Positions 10,365 to 21,340 are shown, numbered from the stretch's first letter. The stretch is 64,000 nucleotides of DNA from Treponemataceae bacterium (GCA_963667725.2 CAXXHO010000003.1:320001-384000), one strand, 5' to 3'. The notes: generated by a model from the sequence alone, not told the origin. A program made the numbers and translations.

Positions 10365-11519
10365 ATGCCCGATGAAGAAACTGTCAAACTGAAAACAACG
10401 CATATCGCCTATACGGTGATAACCTTCGCTCTTGTCGCGGCGCTCTGCGCGGTCAGCGGGTACCATTTTTTGGCGTCGCGCGTTCAAGCCAAGCTTTTCC
10501 CGGGGCCCGGCGTTACGAGCATCACCAAACTGAGCGCATACCTTCCCAACTTGAAGAAGACCGCGGGCGACAGCGATGTGTATATTCTGGATAGCGGAAA
10601 GCCGGGCGATACGGTAGTCGTCCTGGGAGGAACTCACTCTGATGAGCCGTCCGGGTACCTGGCAGCCGTGGCTTTAGTGGAAAACGCCGTCGCCACTGCC
10701 GGAAAGCTTATCGTGGTGCCTCAAGCGGATAAGAGCGCTTTTACGCATACAATTGCGCCTGAGGCGTATCCGAGCCGCTTTTATATCAAGACGAAAGAGG
10801 GGGAGCGATGGTTCAGCTTCGGCTCTCGTCTCGCCAACCCCGTCGATCAATGGCCTGATCCCGATATCATGCTCCATTACCCTTCCGGACAGCGGCTTTC
10901 CGGCGATGAAACGCGCAACTTGAACCGCTCGTATCCGGGCCGCCCTGATGGCGTTTTTATCCAGCGCGTGGCGTATGCGATCACGACGCTCATCGCTCAA
11001 GAGAAGGCCGGAGTCACGATCGATCTGCACGAGGCCCCGCTTGAGTATTTCTTTATAAACGCGGTGGCCGCGAGCGACAAGGCGAGGAATATCGCCGTGA
11101 TGGCGCAGCTCAATCTCTCCTTTAGGGATATCGAAATCGGGATTGAGGCATCGCCGCAAAACCTACGCGGGCTTTCGCACCGCGAACTTGCAGGCGCAAC
11201 ACAGACATTGGCTTTCCTCATGGAGACCGCCAATCCTATTCAGGGACGGTTCCGGGGGCGGACAACTCCCGAACTCGTGGTAACCGGCAAAGATGTCTGC
11301 TATGAGACCGCTGCTAAATATAAGCGCCTTTTTGTTCCCTATGACGAAACCGGCAAGCCGTTATCCTTGCGCGTCGCTCGCCACCTCGCCGGAATCGAGG
11401 AACTGTTGAACGCTTTCAACGAGATGAATCCTGACAAGGCAGTTTGGGTGGACGGTATCCCGAGTTACGAAAATGTCATCAGCGAGGGGATCGGCACCTA
11501 CCTACATGCGCCGGAGTGA
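10365..11519 (+). CDS. Succinylglutamate desuccinylase/aspartoacylase (M14-like) deacylase with N-terminal TM or signal sequence
   Basis: GGTHSDE, NLNRSYPG and DLHE zinc-binding motifs. Confidence 0.8.
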   Translation: MPDEETVKLKTTHIAYTVITFALVAALCAVSGYHFLASRVQAKLFPGPGVTSITKLSAYLPNLKKTAGDSDVYILDSGKPGDTVVVLGGTHSDEPSGYLAAVALVENAVATAGKLIVVPQADKSAFTHTIAPEAYPSRFYIKTKEGERWFSFGSRLANPVDQWPDPDIMLHYPSGQRLSGDETRNLNRSYPGRPDGVFIQRVAYAITTLIAQEKAGVTIDLHEAPLEYFFINAVAASDKARNIAVMAQLNLSFRDIEIGIEASPQNLRGLSHRELAGATQTLAFLMETANPIQGRFRGRTTPELVVTGKDVCYETAAKYKRLFVPYDETGKPLSLRVARHLAGIEELLNAFNEMNPDKAVWVDGIPSYENVISEGIGTYLHAPE

Positions 11520-11588
11520 GATACTTGCCAGTCGGTTGTCCGCGGCAGCCTACTGGCATTTTTATAAATCTTTTTTTAAGGAGTAGAT

Positions 11589-13034
11589 ATGAGCGAGGGC
11601 AGGAAGTGGTTTTTTGGATTTATTCTCATTGCGGCTCTGTCGTATTTGCCGGCGTCTAATGTGTTTGCGTGCGATACCTACGTAGCGCTCGGCAATTCCA
11701 CGGCAGATGGAAATGTGCTCTTCGCGAAAAGTTCCAACCGGAATAGCGAGGAGGCCATGCGGTTTACTACCTATCCCAGGGCGCAATACAAACCCGGGAC
11801 GATGCTGAAGTGCAGCTGGATCGAGATTCCTCAAGTCGCCGAAACCTATGCAGTCAAGGGCGGCCAGCCTTGGTGGGGCTTTGGCTTCGAGATGGGCATG
11901 AACGAGTATGGTGTTTGCGCAGGGAACGAAGCGCTCGGGACGAAAATTCCGACTCCTACGAATATGCTGGACAAGTCTCTGACCGGAATGGACCTTCTCA
12001 GGCTGAGCCTTGAACGCGGAAAGACCGCATACGAGGCTATGCACGTCGTGATCTCGCTTATGGAGAAGTATGGACAGTTTGGACGCTGCTCCGCAGATCC
12101 TAAAAGCACATCGACGTACGCCAATTCGTATATCTTCGCCGACTCCAAGGAAGCGTGGGTGCTGGAGACGGGCGGAAGTGAATGGATCGCAAAAAAAGTG
12201 GTCGACGTCTGGACGGTGGATAACGTCTGTACGATCGAGGAAGATTATGACGAGATATCCCCCGGCCTTATCAAAATGGCCATCGAAAAGAAATGGTACG
12301 ATCCGAGAGACCGCTTTAATTGGGCGCGCAACGTCGGTACCGAGAATTTCTCCGAGATCAAGTACCTGAGGATCAGGGACATGCTCAAACAGAAGAAAGG
12401 CAATATTGATGTTCCCTTCATGATGCAGGTCTCGCGCGACAGGCTCGAGGGTACCTTCATGGAAGGCCGCTATATGCCCGAGCACTTCTACAGGCACATC
12501 GATGGCACTACCAATTCCGCGAGTACGGCGGGCGTTATGCTGTGCCACCTGCGTGAGCAGGCTGCTGATCCGGTCAAATATGTCTGGTGGATCAATGAAG
12601 CATCCCCGACGACCTCTATGTTCAGCCCCCACTACTTTGTGTCGGATCCTCCCAAAGAGCTGTCGATCGGCGACGATCAGTATGATCCGGAAGTTCCTTG
12701 GTGGCTCTTTGACACTCTGGATAGGATGTCGCGCAAGAATTACGAAACCTACACGCCCGTGATCAGATCCGTTTGGGCTGTCGAGGAGAAGGGACTTCTC
12801 GTTGATGCCTCAATGATTGAAAAGGAAGTCGCAAGACTGTTCAAAGAGGGAAAGACCGCCGAAATCAAGACCCTGCTGACATCCTTCGAGGCTAAGAACA
12901 TGAAGCATCAAATTGATGTTGCCAAGGCGCTTGCCGCGGCAATTAGAGAGCTGCACAAGGTTCTACCAGGGACTCAGGTGCAGATTCAGGACAGTGAGTC
13001 GAGCGACCTTCGCGCTGGAATCGAACCGTGGTGA
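11589..13034 (+). CDS. C69 dipeptidase/secernin family Ntn hydrolase, exported
   Basis: Signal peptide ending VFA followed by CDT; EMGMNEYGV..GNEA; GMDLLRLSLERG. Confidence 0.85.
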   Translation: MSEGRKWFFGFILIAALSYLPASNVFACDTYVALGNSTADGNVLFAKSSNRNSEEAMRFTTYPRAQYKPGTMLKCSWIEIPQVAETYAVKGGQPWWGFGFEMGMNEYGVCAGNEALGTKIPTPTNMLDKSLTGMDLLRLSLERGKTAYEAMHVVISLMEKYGQFGRCSADPKSTSTYANSYIFADSKEAWVLETGGSEWIAKKVVDVWTVDNVCTIEEDYDEISPGLIKMAIEKKWYDPRDRFNWARNVGTENFSEIKYLRIRDMLKQKKGNIDVPFMMQVSRDRLEGTFMEGRYMPEHFYRHIDGTTNSASTAGVMLCHLREQAADPVKYVWWINEASPTTSMFSPHYFVSDPPKELSIGDDQYDPEVPWWLFDTLDRMSRKNYETYTPVIRSVWAVEEKGLLVDASMIEKEVARLFKEGKTAEIKTLLTSFEAKNMKHQIDVAKALAAAIRELHKVLPGTQVQIQDSESSDLRAGIEPW

Positions 13035-13222
13035 TTTAGTCCATCGCATCAGGCAGGGGAGGGTTCTGAAATCTTCCCCTGCCGTCATGGAGTCGGATGA
13101 CTATCGCGCCCACGCAAGTACCTTAATGAATCCTTGTCCTTTGCAAGCACAAGATATAGGCGGGATTCCGAGACGAGGAAAGATCGTAGCCGCATATATG
13201 CTGTGCAGAAAGGGAATTTACA

Positions 13223-14590
13223 ATGAACCCGCATGAGGACGCAAAAGCAATATTTCGTGCCGCCTTGGATCGCATCGACCCTATGCCGATGATTGAGCGC
13301 GCCTTTTCCCTGGAACGTGGAAATAATGGGGATCGCTTAGTCGTTCGTACCGATGTCGAAGAGACATGCATCGAACTGCCTGAGGGCGGCCGAGTGTTTG
13401 CGACCGGCATGGGGAAAGCCTCCGCAAGAATGGCTTTGGGTCTCGAGAAGGTCTTGGGTGACCGGCTTTCTGGAGGGCTTGTTGCGGTAAAGGAGAATCA
13501 TGTCGAGGCTTTGAGGAAGGTTAGGTTGATCGAGGCAGGCCATCCTATACCGGACTCGCGCTCCGAAAAAGCTGCCAACGCTATTCTCAATCTAGGAGCA
13601 TCCCTGGGGACGGTGCTGACGGATCGGGACCTTGTCATTGTTCTCGTATCAGGGGGGGGGTCGGCCATTCTTTGCGCCCCCGCAGAAGGTTTGTCCTTAA
13701 GCGACAAGAAACGAACGACCGCGCTTCTCTTGTCCTGCGGCGCGACTATCAACGAAATCAACTGCGTGCGCAAGCATCTTTCCGCTGTCAAGGGAGGTTG
13801 CCTGGCTGCGGCGCTGTTCCCTGCAAGGATTCTCGCCCTTGTGCTCTCTGATGTTGTGGGTGATGATCTTGATGTGATCGCTTCCGGACCCACCGTCCCC
13901 GATCCCACCACGTTTGCCGATGCCCTCGAAATCGTACAACGTTATCGGATTGAATCGAAACTTCCTTATTCTATAGCTGAGAGGCTGAGGAAAGGGATAG
14001 CTGGACAGTTGCCTGAAACTCCCAAACCAGGCGATGCTGTTTTTACGCACACACGTATCGTGCTGGTCGGAACGAACAGGTCCGCGTTGGCGGCGGCCAA
14101 GACGGAAGCGGAGCGCCGTGGCTACAATGCTCTTATCCTCTCGTCGAGAATCACCGGCGAGGCGCGAGAGGTCGCGCTTGTTTATCTCGGCATAGGGAAA
14201 GATATCGTTGCCTCGGGTTTCCCGCTGAAACGTCCGGCTTGCATCATCGCCGGCGGTGAGACTACGGTGACGAAGCGCGGGAAAGGCAAGGGCGGACGGA
14301 ACCAAGAGATGGCACTCGCTTTTCTTGCCGCTCTCGGACGAGTTCCCAAATTTGGCGAGGGGCTTGTTTTTTTGTCGGCGGGTACAGACGGTAGCGATGG
14401 CCCGACCGACGCGGCGGGCGCGCAGGTGGATCTCGCGCTCTATCGGAGCGCGCGCGATGCTGGCCTCGATCTTGAAGCATCGTTGGCTGATAACGACTCG
14501 TACAACTTTTTCTCGAAAGCGGGAGGCCTCATTAAGACTGGCCCGACTAACACGAATGTCTGTGATATTCAGATACTTCTTGTAAATTGA
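13223..14590 (+). CDS. Glycerate kinase type 2 (DUF4147/MOFRL family)
   Basis: SGGGSA, RKHLSAVKGG, SDVVGDD, GGRNQE, GTDGSDGPT and TNVCD motifs. Confidence 0.9.
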   Translation: MNPHEDAKAIFRAALDRIDPMPMIERAFSLERGNNGDRLVVRTDVEETCIELPEGGRVFATGMGKASARMALGLEKVLGDRLSGGLVAVKENHVEALRKVRLIEAGHPIPDSRSEKAANAILNLGASLGTVLTDRDLVIVLVSGGGSAILCAPAEGLSLSDKKRTTALLLSCGATINEINCVRKHLSAVKGGCLAAALFPARILALVLSDVVGDDLDVIASGPTVPDPTTFADALEIVQRYRIESKLPYSIAERLRKGIAGQLPETPKPGDAVFTHTRIVLVGTNRSALAAAKTEAERRGYNALILSSRITGEAREVALVYLGIGKDIVASGFPLKRPACIIAGGETTVTKRGKGKGGRNQEMALAFLAALGRVPKFGEGLVFLSAGTDGSDGPTDAAGAQVDLALYRSARDAGLDLEASLADNDSYNFFSKAGGLIKTGPTNTNVCDIQILLVN

Positions 14591-14973
14591 GGATTGTTGG
14601 CCAAGACTGTTGTGTACATAACGACAACTGGATTTTCTGTCAATATTAACACGTATCTAGTCTAAATCAGGTCTGCTTCTACTATAAATACGCACGTTGT
14701 TGTGGATGAACTAATTACCTGACCGGAAAAACTACTTTTTGTATCATCCAAAACAATTAAGGCTGTTCTGTAATGTCTGACCCGGCATAGAAAAAGATCA
14801 TGAGAAAGCGTTTTGTTCGGTAGATTCTACCACCAAGTGCAAAGATTAGAAGAGTTCATCATAAACCTCCAGTGGCGAGCGACTTGATACATAACTTCAT
14901 AGAGATCAAATCGAATTCAACGTATTTTAATAGGAGAACATCAAATACCTCTTTTGCTAAAATAATTTTTGTA

Positions 14974-15527
14974 TTACCAAATCCAAGTCAAGTTTTCGCC
15001 TAATTTCTCTTTTACATAAGCAAGTGACGGAAACACTATAGAGAACAAATAATTATTATACTCACGACCTTTTTCGTAGATAAAAAATTTCGTAGCATTA
15101 CTACCGTTAAACATTATATCGCGATCTACTGACCATGTAATAATATTTGATAAATACAATCGACTTGTTTTGGTACTGATATTACCATTACTCTCAAATA
15201 TCTCACCATTTGGCAATTTCAATTTTACAACATATGTATCATAATCACTTCCAGACACAATATTTTTTCCATATTCACGAAAAGATAGGCCGATCTCATT
15301 ATCGGATATTAAGACTACTACTAATAATTTTGAGTTCTGAGTTGCAGAGTCAGAGAAAGTACCTTCAACAACGTGAGCTAGATAAGCATGATCTGTTAGA
15401 TCACCAAACTCATCAATAAAATACCTAACTTCGAAATCAGTATCAGATTGGGCAAGAAGCGGATTTAAAGAAAACCCAAGAAAGAAAAAAATTACAGCAC
15501 AGACCAGAACTTTTTTTAAGTTTTCAT
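14974..15527 (-). pseudogene. Exported hypothetical protein with an apparent frameshift just after the start codon
   Basis: AGGAGG plus ATG at 15527 reads MKT*; one extra A gives the signal peptide MKNLKKVLVCAVIFFF in frame with the long ORF. Confidence 0.5.
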
Positions 15528-15896
15528 ATGATCCTCCTGTATTTGCTAGTATGGAAGCATATACACCTACTGTATACTTTCTTGGCCATTTCAATCGATT
15601 GCCAATAAGTTGAACTGAGCCCGTTTGTATTCCTTGAGTTTTCTAAAACAGCCTGCTAGTTTCTAAAGATTGGATCGGACTCAACACGCTTTAATATGAT
15701 CGAAGCGATCACATTCAGAACATAGAGCACATTCCTACCAGTCCCACCAAGGATAAAATAACTATATCATCATCAAAGATATGGGCGCCAGTCATCGAAA
15801 CGCCATGTTCTTCGATACCTTGATCCTCCGATGAATATAATGAGCCCACCTGTCTAGACAGAAAAGAATCAGGAATAAGGTGGACACCTTCTCCTC

Positions 15897-16733
15897 TCAT
15901 ACAGCTTCTTTGAGTTCCCTTGCCGGGAACTTACTCCAATAAATAGTGTCTGGAGTTTCGTACTCCAGCGATTGATGGAATCGCTCACTGTTATAAAACC
16001 TAAGGTAGCGAGCAAGCCCATCTTTCAGCTCCGTCATAGTTCGGTAATCCTTGAGATAAATGTCCTCGTACTTCAAGGATCTCCAGAACCGTTCTACAAA
16101 GATATTGTCCAGCGCCCTGTTTACGCCATCCATGCTGATTTGTATTCCATGAGATTCCAGCACCGACACAAAGGCGTCAGAAGTAAACTGGCTTCCTTGA
16201 TCTGTGTTAAAAATGCCTGGTACTCCGTAATGGGCAATTGCTTCTTCCAGTGCCGATACACAAAATTGGGCATCCATGGTGTTAGAAACCCGCCAGGACA
16301 GAATCTTCCTGGAATACAGGTCAATTATCGTAACCAGATAGACGTAACCGCCAGAAAGCTTGATATAGGTTATGTCAGACGCCCACACCTGATTCGGTAG
16401 CCAAATATTCATCCCCCTAAGTAAATAGGGGTATTTCTTGGAACCCTTGGACGGTTTGGAAAACTGAAGTCCAGGATAGATCGCCCGTAATCCGGCTTTC
16501 TTCATAATCCTTCGAACTTGCTTTCGTGTAACGTCCAAATAGATCAGTTCCCTTGCTATTCTACGGTAACCGTAGAACGGTTTCTCTTTCAGCACCTCGA
16601 GGATAGCTTCCAGAATAGCCAAATCATGATCTTCCGGAGCTTCCTTAGGCTGGTAGTAGTAAGATGATCGAGCTATCCCGAGGATCGTGCATTGCTGCGC
16701 TATTGAGAGCTCGGGATGATCGGCTTCTACCAT
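15897..16733 (-). CDS. IS3 transposase OrfB (DDE)
   Basis: WASDITY, NTDQGSQF and DNIFVERFWRSLKYE motifs. Confidence 0.92.
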   Translation of the reverse strand: MVEADHPELSIAQQCTILGIARSSYYYQPKEAPEDHDLAILEAILEVLKEKPFYGYRRIARELIYLDVTRKQVRRIMKKAGLRAIYPGLQFSKPSKGSKKYPYLLRGMNIWLPNQVWASDITYIKLSGGYVYLVTIIDLYSRKILSWRVSNTMDAQFCVSALEEAIAHYGVPGIFNTDQGSQFTSDAFVSVLESHGIQISMDGVNRALDNIFVERFWRSLKYEDIYLKDYRTMTELKDGLARYLRFYNSERFHQSLEYETPDTIYWSKFPARELKEAV

Positions 16734-17029
16734 TTCGGATCGGTCCCGTACAGTTGTTTGTATTTTTTTTTAAGGTAGTCGTTCTCCACTTGGAGCTGTC
16801 CTATCTGTTTGTACAGTTCATCCTTTTGCCTCGTGGCGTCTTCTGTTGTTTTATCCTTCCCTTCTTTCTCAAAGAGCGCCGATGCGTGCTCCGAAAGTTG
16901 CCTTTTCCAGAGCGCGATCATGTTCGGATGGACCGAGTAAGTAATCGCCAGTTCCTGCAGAGTCTTTTCGCCCTTCAGGGCTTCCAAGGCTACTTTGGCC
17001 TTGAATTCTTTGTCGTACCGCTTTCTCAT
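16727..17029 (-). CDS. IS3 transposase OrfA (HTH)
   Basis: MRKRYDKEFKAKVALEA...LYKQIGQLQVENDYLKKK. Confidence 0.9.
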   Translation of the reverse strand: MRKRYDKEFKAKVALEALKGEKTLQELAITYSVHPNMIALWKRQLSEHASALFEKEGKDKTTEDATRQKDELYKQIGQLQVENDYLKKKYKQLYGTDPKW

Positions 17030-17281
17030 AGCTAACTCTATGCCTCCTTCTTTCCGTTCTGCAAGGAGGAGCGGTCCACTTTATATTGTCTCTATTCCTG
17101 TCCAGTTATCGCGGCTCATTATAGAATGAGACTCCGATTTCAGAGCGAGCCTTAATTTTCTTCTTGTCTAGCTAAAATTGATGGCAATGGCTACAACTGT
17201 GTCAAAGGAGGAGCATTTTTTGAGGCTTTTATCCCTAACTTTTAATAGGTTATCTTATAAATGCTTACAGAACAAACACTT

Positions 17282-17329
17282 AAATAGTGGAGAATAGGGG
17301 ATTCGAACCCCTGACCTATAGATTGCGAA
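17282..17329 (-). repeat. att core, distal copy (3' half of tRNA-Ala)
   Basis: Identical to 44339-44386: AAATAGTGGAGAATAGGGGATTCGAACCCCTGACCTATAGATTGCGAA. Confidence 0.95.
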
Positions 17330-17473
17330 TCAATGTTAGCATCTTCCCTAACTATCCTACAAACTCCCTATAGTCTACCTTATTTGTTGCACTAAAGCAA
17401 GATATGCTAAAGCTGATGCCTAGTATATCCCTATGATTCCATACAGGATCAGGCGTGCATCTTACAGTCCCTC

Positions 17474-17677
17474 TTACATTAAGTCAGTAATATTTACTTT
17501 CAGTGCCTCTGCGATTCTGTATAATGACTCTAAAGTTGGTTCTTTCCGTTTTGATTCAATATAGAAGATTGCACTATGCGACAAACCAGAGTCATTAGCC
17601 AATTTTAGGATTGAAATGCCCTTAGAATTGCGAATGCTTCTAATTCTTTCACAAACAACTTCTATTTCTTTTCGCAT
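17474..17677 (-). CDS. XRE-family HTH regulator
   Basis: IRSIRNSKGISILKLA...IFYIES...PTLESLYRIAEAL. Confidence 0.85.
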   Translation of the reverse strand: MRKEIEVVCERIRSIRNSKGISILKLANDSGLSHSAIFYIESKRKEPTLESLYRIAEALKVNITDLM

Positions 17678-17687
17678 TTACTGCTTG

Positions 17688-17742
17688 ACTCTTTAAAGAG
17701 AGTAAGCTTATTATTTTGTTAATACGACTCTCTATAGAGAGT
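17688..17742. promoter_or_regulatory. Two 16-bp palindromic candidate operators between the divergent XRE and LRR genes
   Basis: ACTCTTTAAAGAGAGT (17688-17703) and perfect palindrome ACTCTCTATAGAGAGT (17727-17742). Confidence 0.6.
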
Positions 17743-17856
17743 TATATATATAATGATACCGATTAAGTTTAGATGAAGGTCAAGAATTTTAAGGGATAAT
17801 CGATACTCTAATTGTATTTATTAAAATGATATAGGTACAAATATGGAGATAGTGGA

Positions 17857-19257
17857 ATGAAGAAACCAGGAACGATAATTCTTATAGCATTATTTCTTTC
17901 CTTAGCCATTGCCTGTTCACCGGTGATCAATACTATCGTCACTACTACGACAATCCCGACAACCACTACATCCTCTACAACTACGTCTACAACGACAATA
18001 CCCATCGCCACTACAACAACGACTTCATCTACAACAACAACAACGATTGTACCAAAATATACGGTGAGCTTTGAAACTAATGGTGGATCATTAGTAAACC
18101 CAATTGTGGAAAGCAGAATAACAGAAATTCCAGTATCTGCAAAAAGTGCATATGCTTTGGAAGGATGGTTTTCCAATTCTTCTTTTACATCAGCAAGCAA
18201 GATTAGTTTTCCCTATGTGCCTACATCTAGCATCACCATTTATGCAAAATGGATATCTGCGACTGAAGGGCTACAATTTGAAACCAGTGGTGATGGATAC
18301 AGTGTCTCAAAAGGAACAGCTAACACATCAGGTAGTATAACCATTCCCGAGTTCTGGTTGGGTAAAAGTGTCATTAGTATTGGAATAGAGGGCTTTAGGG
18401 ACAGTGTTGACTTGCTACAGATTAATATTCCCAATAGTGTCAAAACAATTAAAAATGGGGCTTTTAGAAATTGCTTAAGTCTTTCTACTATTACAATTCC
18501 TGATAGTGTTACTACAATAGAATCGGATACATTCTATAATAGTGGTTTGCATAGTATAACCGTCCCTAATGGCATAGTAACAATAACAGCTGTGACATTT
18601 GGTAGCTGTGATAAACTAACTGATGTAGTGTTACCAAGTAGTATAACTTCGATAGAAGATTGTGCTTTTACTTATTGTACTTCGTTGAAGTCCATCAATC
18701 TTCCAGAAGGATTAGCTTCAATCGGTAAGGGGGCTTTCTCGGTTTGCAGCAGCCTAAAGAATATTAATCTACCGAGTAGTCTAAAAAGTCTTGGTGAAAG
18801 CGCATTTTTTTCAACCGGGTTGACTGGTGAATTAATAATTCCAAAGGGTATTGGAATAATTGACATTGGTGCATTTAATATTAGTAGAGGAATTACTAAA
18901 GTAATAATACCAGAAGGAATTACTTCAATCGGTCGTTTTGCATTTAATGGATGTAATATTACTGAACTATCACTACCGAACAGCCTAACCTCCATTGGGA
19001 ACTCTGCATTTTCTGAAAGTTATATAAGTAGCCTTACTATTCCATCAAATGTGAATTTAATAGGAGCGTCTGCTTTTTCTGGATGTTTTGACCTAGCAAT
19101 TGTAAAAGCCGATCCAATAGTTCCACCCTTAACAAATGAAACACTTTTTGATTCATGTATTAAACTTACTACCATCAAAGTGCCGTCAGTGAGTGTTAAT
19201 GCTTACAAGACAAGCGATGGATGGAGTATATACTCAGATAAGGTTATATCTCAATGA
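17857..19257 (+). CDS. BspA-type leucine-rich repeat surface lipoprotein with Thr-rich linker and InlB B-repeat-like domain
   Basis: Lipobox LAIAC; poly-T linker; YTVSFETNGGS...GWF...IYAKW; repeated IPxSVTxIxxxAF units. Confidence 0.88.
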   Translation: MKKPGTIILIALFLSLAIACSPVINTIVTTTTIPTTTTSSTTTSTTTIPIATTTTTSSTTTTTIVPKYTVSFETNGGSLVNPIVESRITEIPVSAKSAYALEGWFSNSSFTSASKISFPYVPTSSITIYAKWISATEGLQFETSGDGYSVSKGTANTSGSITIPEFWLGKSVISIGIEGFRDSVDLLQINIPNSVKTIKNGAFRNCLSLSTITIPDSVTTIESDTFYNSGLHSITVPNGIVTITAVTFGSCDKLTDVVLPSSITSIEDCAFTYCTSLKSINLPEGLASIGKGAFSVCSSLKNINLPSSLKSLGESAFFSTGLTGELIIPKGIGIIDIGAFNISRGITKVIIPEGITSIGRFAFNGCNITELSLPNSLTSIGNSAFSESYISSLTIPSNVNLIGASAFSGCFDLAIVKADPIVPPLTNETLFDSCIKLTTIKVPSVSVNAYKTSDGWSIYSDKVISQ

Positions 19258-19580
19258 CAGAAATAATTACTGAGCATAAGGAAGATTAAGCAATTTTGGT
19301 AAAAGGTTATTTGTTTAATCAATTTTTTGATTGTAACTATGTTATGACATTTTTGTGAACAGTAGATAAAAAGTTTATCGATATCAAGTAAGAGTTTTAT
19401 TGCTCTGATTATATAACTAATAGTCGTTGTCTATACTAAAGTAATTCTTTATTAAAAAAAAATAGAATAATTTACTTGTTTTTCATTGACATAATCCTAG
19501 ACAGGAGCATAATTTATTTATTCCAGTAGATTAGCATAAGTATGAACTAACTTGGGCATCTTTATTACAGGAGAAGTAAT

Positions 19581-20660
19581 ATGTTCAAGAGGACTTTCTT
19601 ATGTTTAACTCTTCTAGTGATATCATGGTCCTATGTAATCGCAGATCCTGAAGAAGATAGACTACTAGATAGTCTATACAATACATATGAATCATCATCA
19701 AAAAGCGAAATGGTTAATCGAATAGCTACATTTCTCATGCTTGATGATAATAGTATAAGGAGAATACGAAATGGAGATCATACAGGTATCAGCATACCTG
19801 TACCAGTGGTTGATCAATTAGCTAATGTATTTTTTAGTACTGAAAGTGACTATACAAATTTTCAAGAACTTAGAAGGAAGTATATCAGTACAAGAGATCA
19901 AACAATAATTGAAAATAATATGGAATGGATAGCTAAAAAGACTGTTTCTAAAGATGTATTAGATGCTTGGATAAAGTATAAGGAAATTAAGGCAGCCGCT
20001 AATGGTTTGTCATATGAATTAAAAATAACTAGGGGTTCAAAAACAGCAGTACTTACGATATTTTGGAGACCCATGGATGATTTTGCTCCAGATTCAATAT
20101 TAGTCAGTTCCATTGATCTTTATAATATCAAACTAAACAGTCCTGGTTCATTTAAGATAAATACAAGAATATCTAAAGGAAGTACTTCGGTAATATTAAG
20201 AAGGGATAATGATGAGGATACAATAATACTTATTAAATTTGCAGGAGTTGGAAATGAAATATCGTGTATGACTCAAAGTAGTAGTTGGAATAATGGCATA
20301 ACAAATGGTATAGAAGGGGGTTGGACAATTACCAATACTAGATTTGTACCAAAAAGATTGGCAATTGATTGGGGAGCTGTATTCCAAATAGGCAATTACG
20401 TTCGTTTTCAAAAGTATACAAAGGGTGGTAATAATATATATAAGTCGAATTTGGAACAAAATGTTATGGAGACTTACAGGATCTTAGATAATAGAATTGT
20501 CAAAATATTGGACTTAACTAGCCCAGATGGAGCTCCAGTAATAAGTCGTTCTGAAAATAATGAAGAACTATTAGGGATATATGTAATTAATGGCAATCAT
20601 GCTATTTTATCGCTTTATAATGAATGTATTGTTGAAATGGAAAGGTATGAAGAAGACTAA
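19581..20660 (+). CDS. Exported hypothetical protein
   Basis: 359-aa ORF with signal peptide, AGGAG RBS and an upstream TTGACA/CATAAT promoter-like pair. Confidence 0.7.
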   Translation: MFKRTFLCLTLLVISWSYVIADPEEDRLLDSLYNTYESSSKSEMVNRIATFLMLDDNSIRRIRNGDHTGISIPVPVVDQLANVFFSTESDYTNFQELRRKYISTRDQTIIENNMEWIAKKTVSKDVLDAWIKYKEIKAAANGLSYELKITRGSKTAVLTIFWRPMDDFAPDSILVSSIDLYNIKLNSPGSFKINTRISKGSTSVILRRDNDEDTIILIKFAGVGNEISCMTQSSSWNNGITNGIEGGWTITNTRFVPKRLAIDWGAVFQIGNYVRFQKYTKGGNNIYKSNLEQNVMETYRILDNRIVKILDLTSPDGAPVISRSENNEELLGIYVINGNHAILSLYNECIVEMERYEED

Positions 20661-20868
20661 AAAGGAACTTAATTAGGGTTAGTGATTATAGTGATCCTGA
20701 TGTCCTGTGCCTTGGAGATTGGAACGCTGATGGCCGTTCCTACAGTGAGTCAATAGTCTAAATGAAATGATATACCCCATAGAATGTAACTTGTGGATAA
20801 AGCAGTTTATAAAAAGCTTAAGAAAGCTGGCATTTGACTTTAAAAAGTTGAAGATAAATAAAAATCGT

Positions 20869-21340
20869 AATCCACCGGCTAAGCCGGTGAGGCTTAAAAA
20901 GGCTATGCCGTGGAGTGCGAGATAGAATAAGGTACCCCTAAGGTAGCCCCCTGACAAAGGCAACCAAAAGAGTACCAAGTAGATTGGCAAAGCTTAGCCC
21001 ACACCAAGTGGGAGTGTAAGTATCACATAGTAATCGAACCAAAGTACAGAAAGAAAGTGCTCTATGGTAAGATACGAAAAAGGATAGGGGAACTACTACG
21101 AGAATTATGCAAATATAAAGGGATCGAAATACTAGAAGGGTATGCAATGTCCGATCATGTGCATCTGTGTTTGTCGGTACCACCGAAATATAGTATTTCA
21201 ATGGCGATTGGGTATTTGAAATGGAAAAGTGCAATCCGGGATACACCGGGAGGTATTAGGAACCAAAATAGGATTTACATATAAGAACTTCTGGAGTAGA
21301 GGATATTGTGTTAGTACCGTAGGTCTCAATGAAGAGCATC
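20869..21340 (+). pseudogene. tnpA: IS200/IS605 tnpA remnant (frameshifted, 3'-truncated) with left-end hairpin
   Basis: SLAHTKWECKYHIV..PKYR and DHVHL (HUH); FWSRGYCVSTVG in a shifted frame; hairpin CACCGGCTAAGCCGGTG. Confidence 0.85.

Larger units (their letters stand above)
15836..17123 (-). mobile_element. IS3-family insertion sequence, apparently intact
   Basis: Terminal IRs TATAATGAGCC..CT(A/G)GACAG; 3-bp target duplication GAA; overlapping orfA/orfB with an A9 run. Confidence 0.9.

Noticed and set aside
17288..17329. Second tRNA-Ala gene
   Set aside because: Only the 3' half is present; it is the att duplication
17930..18050. ACN-rich low-complexity tract as a DNA repeat element
   Set aside because: Encodes the Thr-rich linker with varied codons
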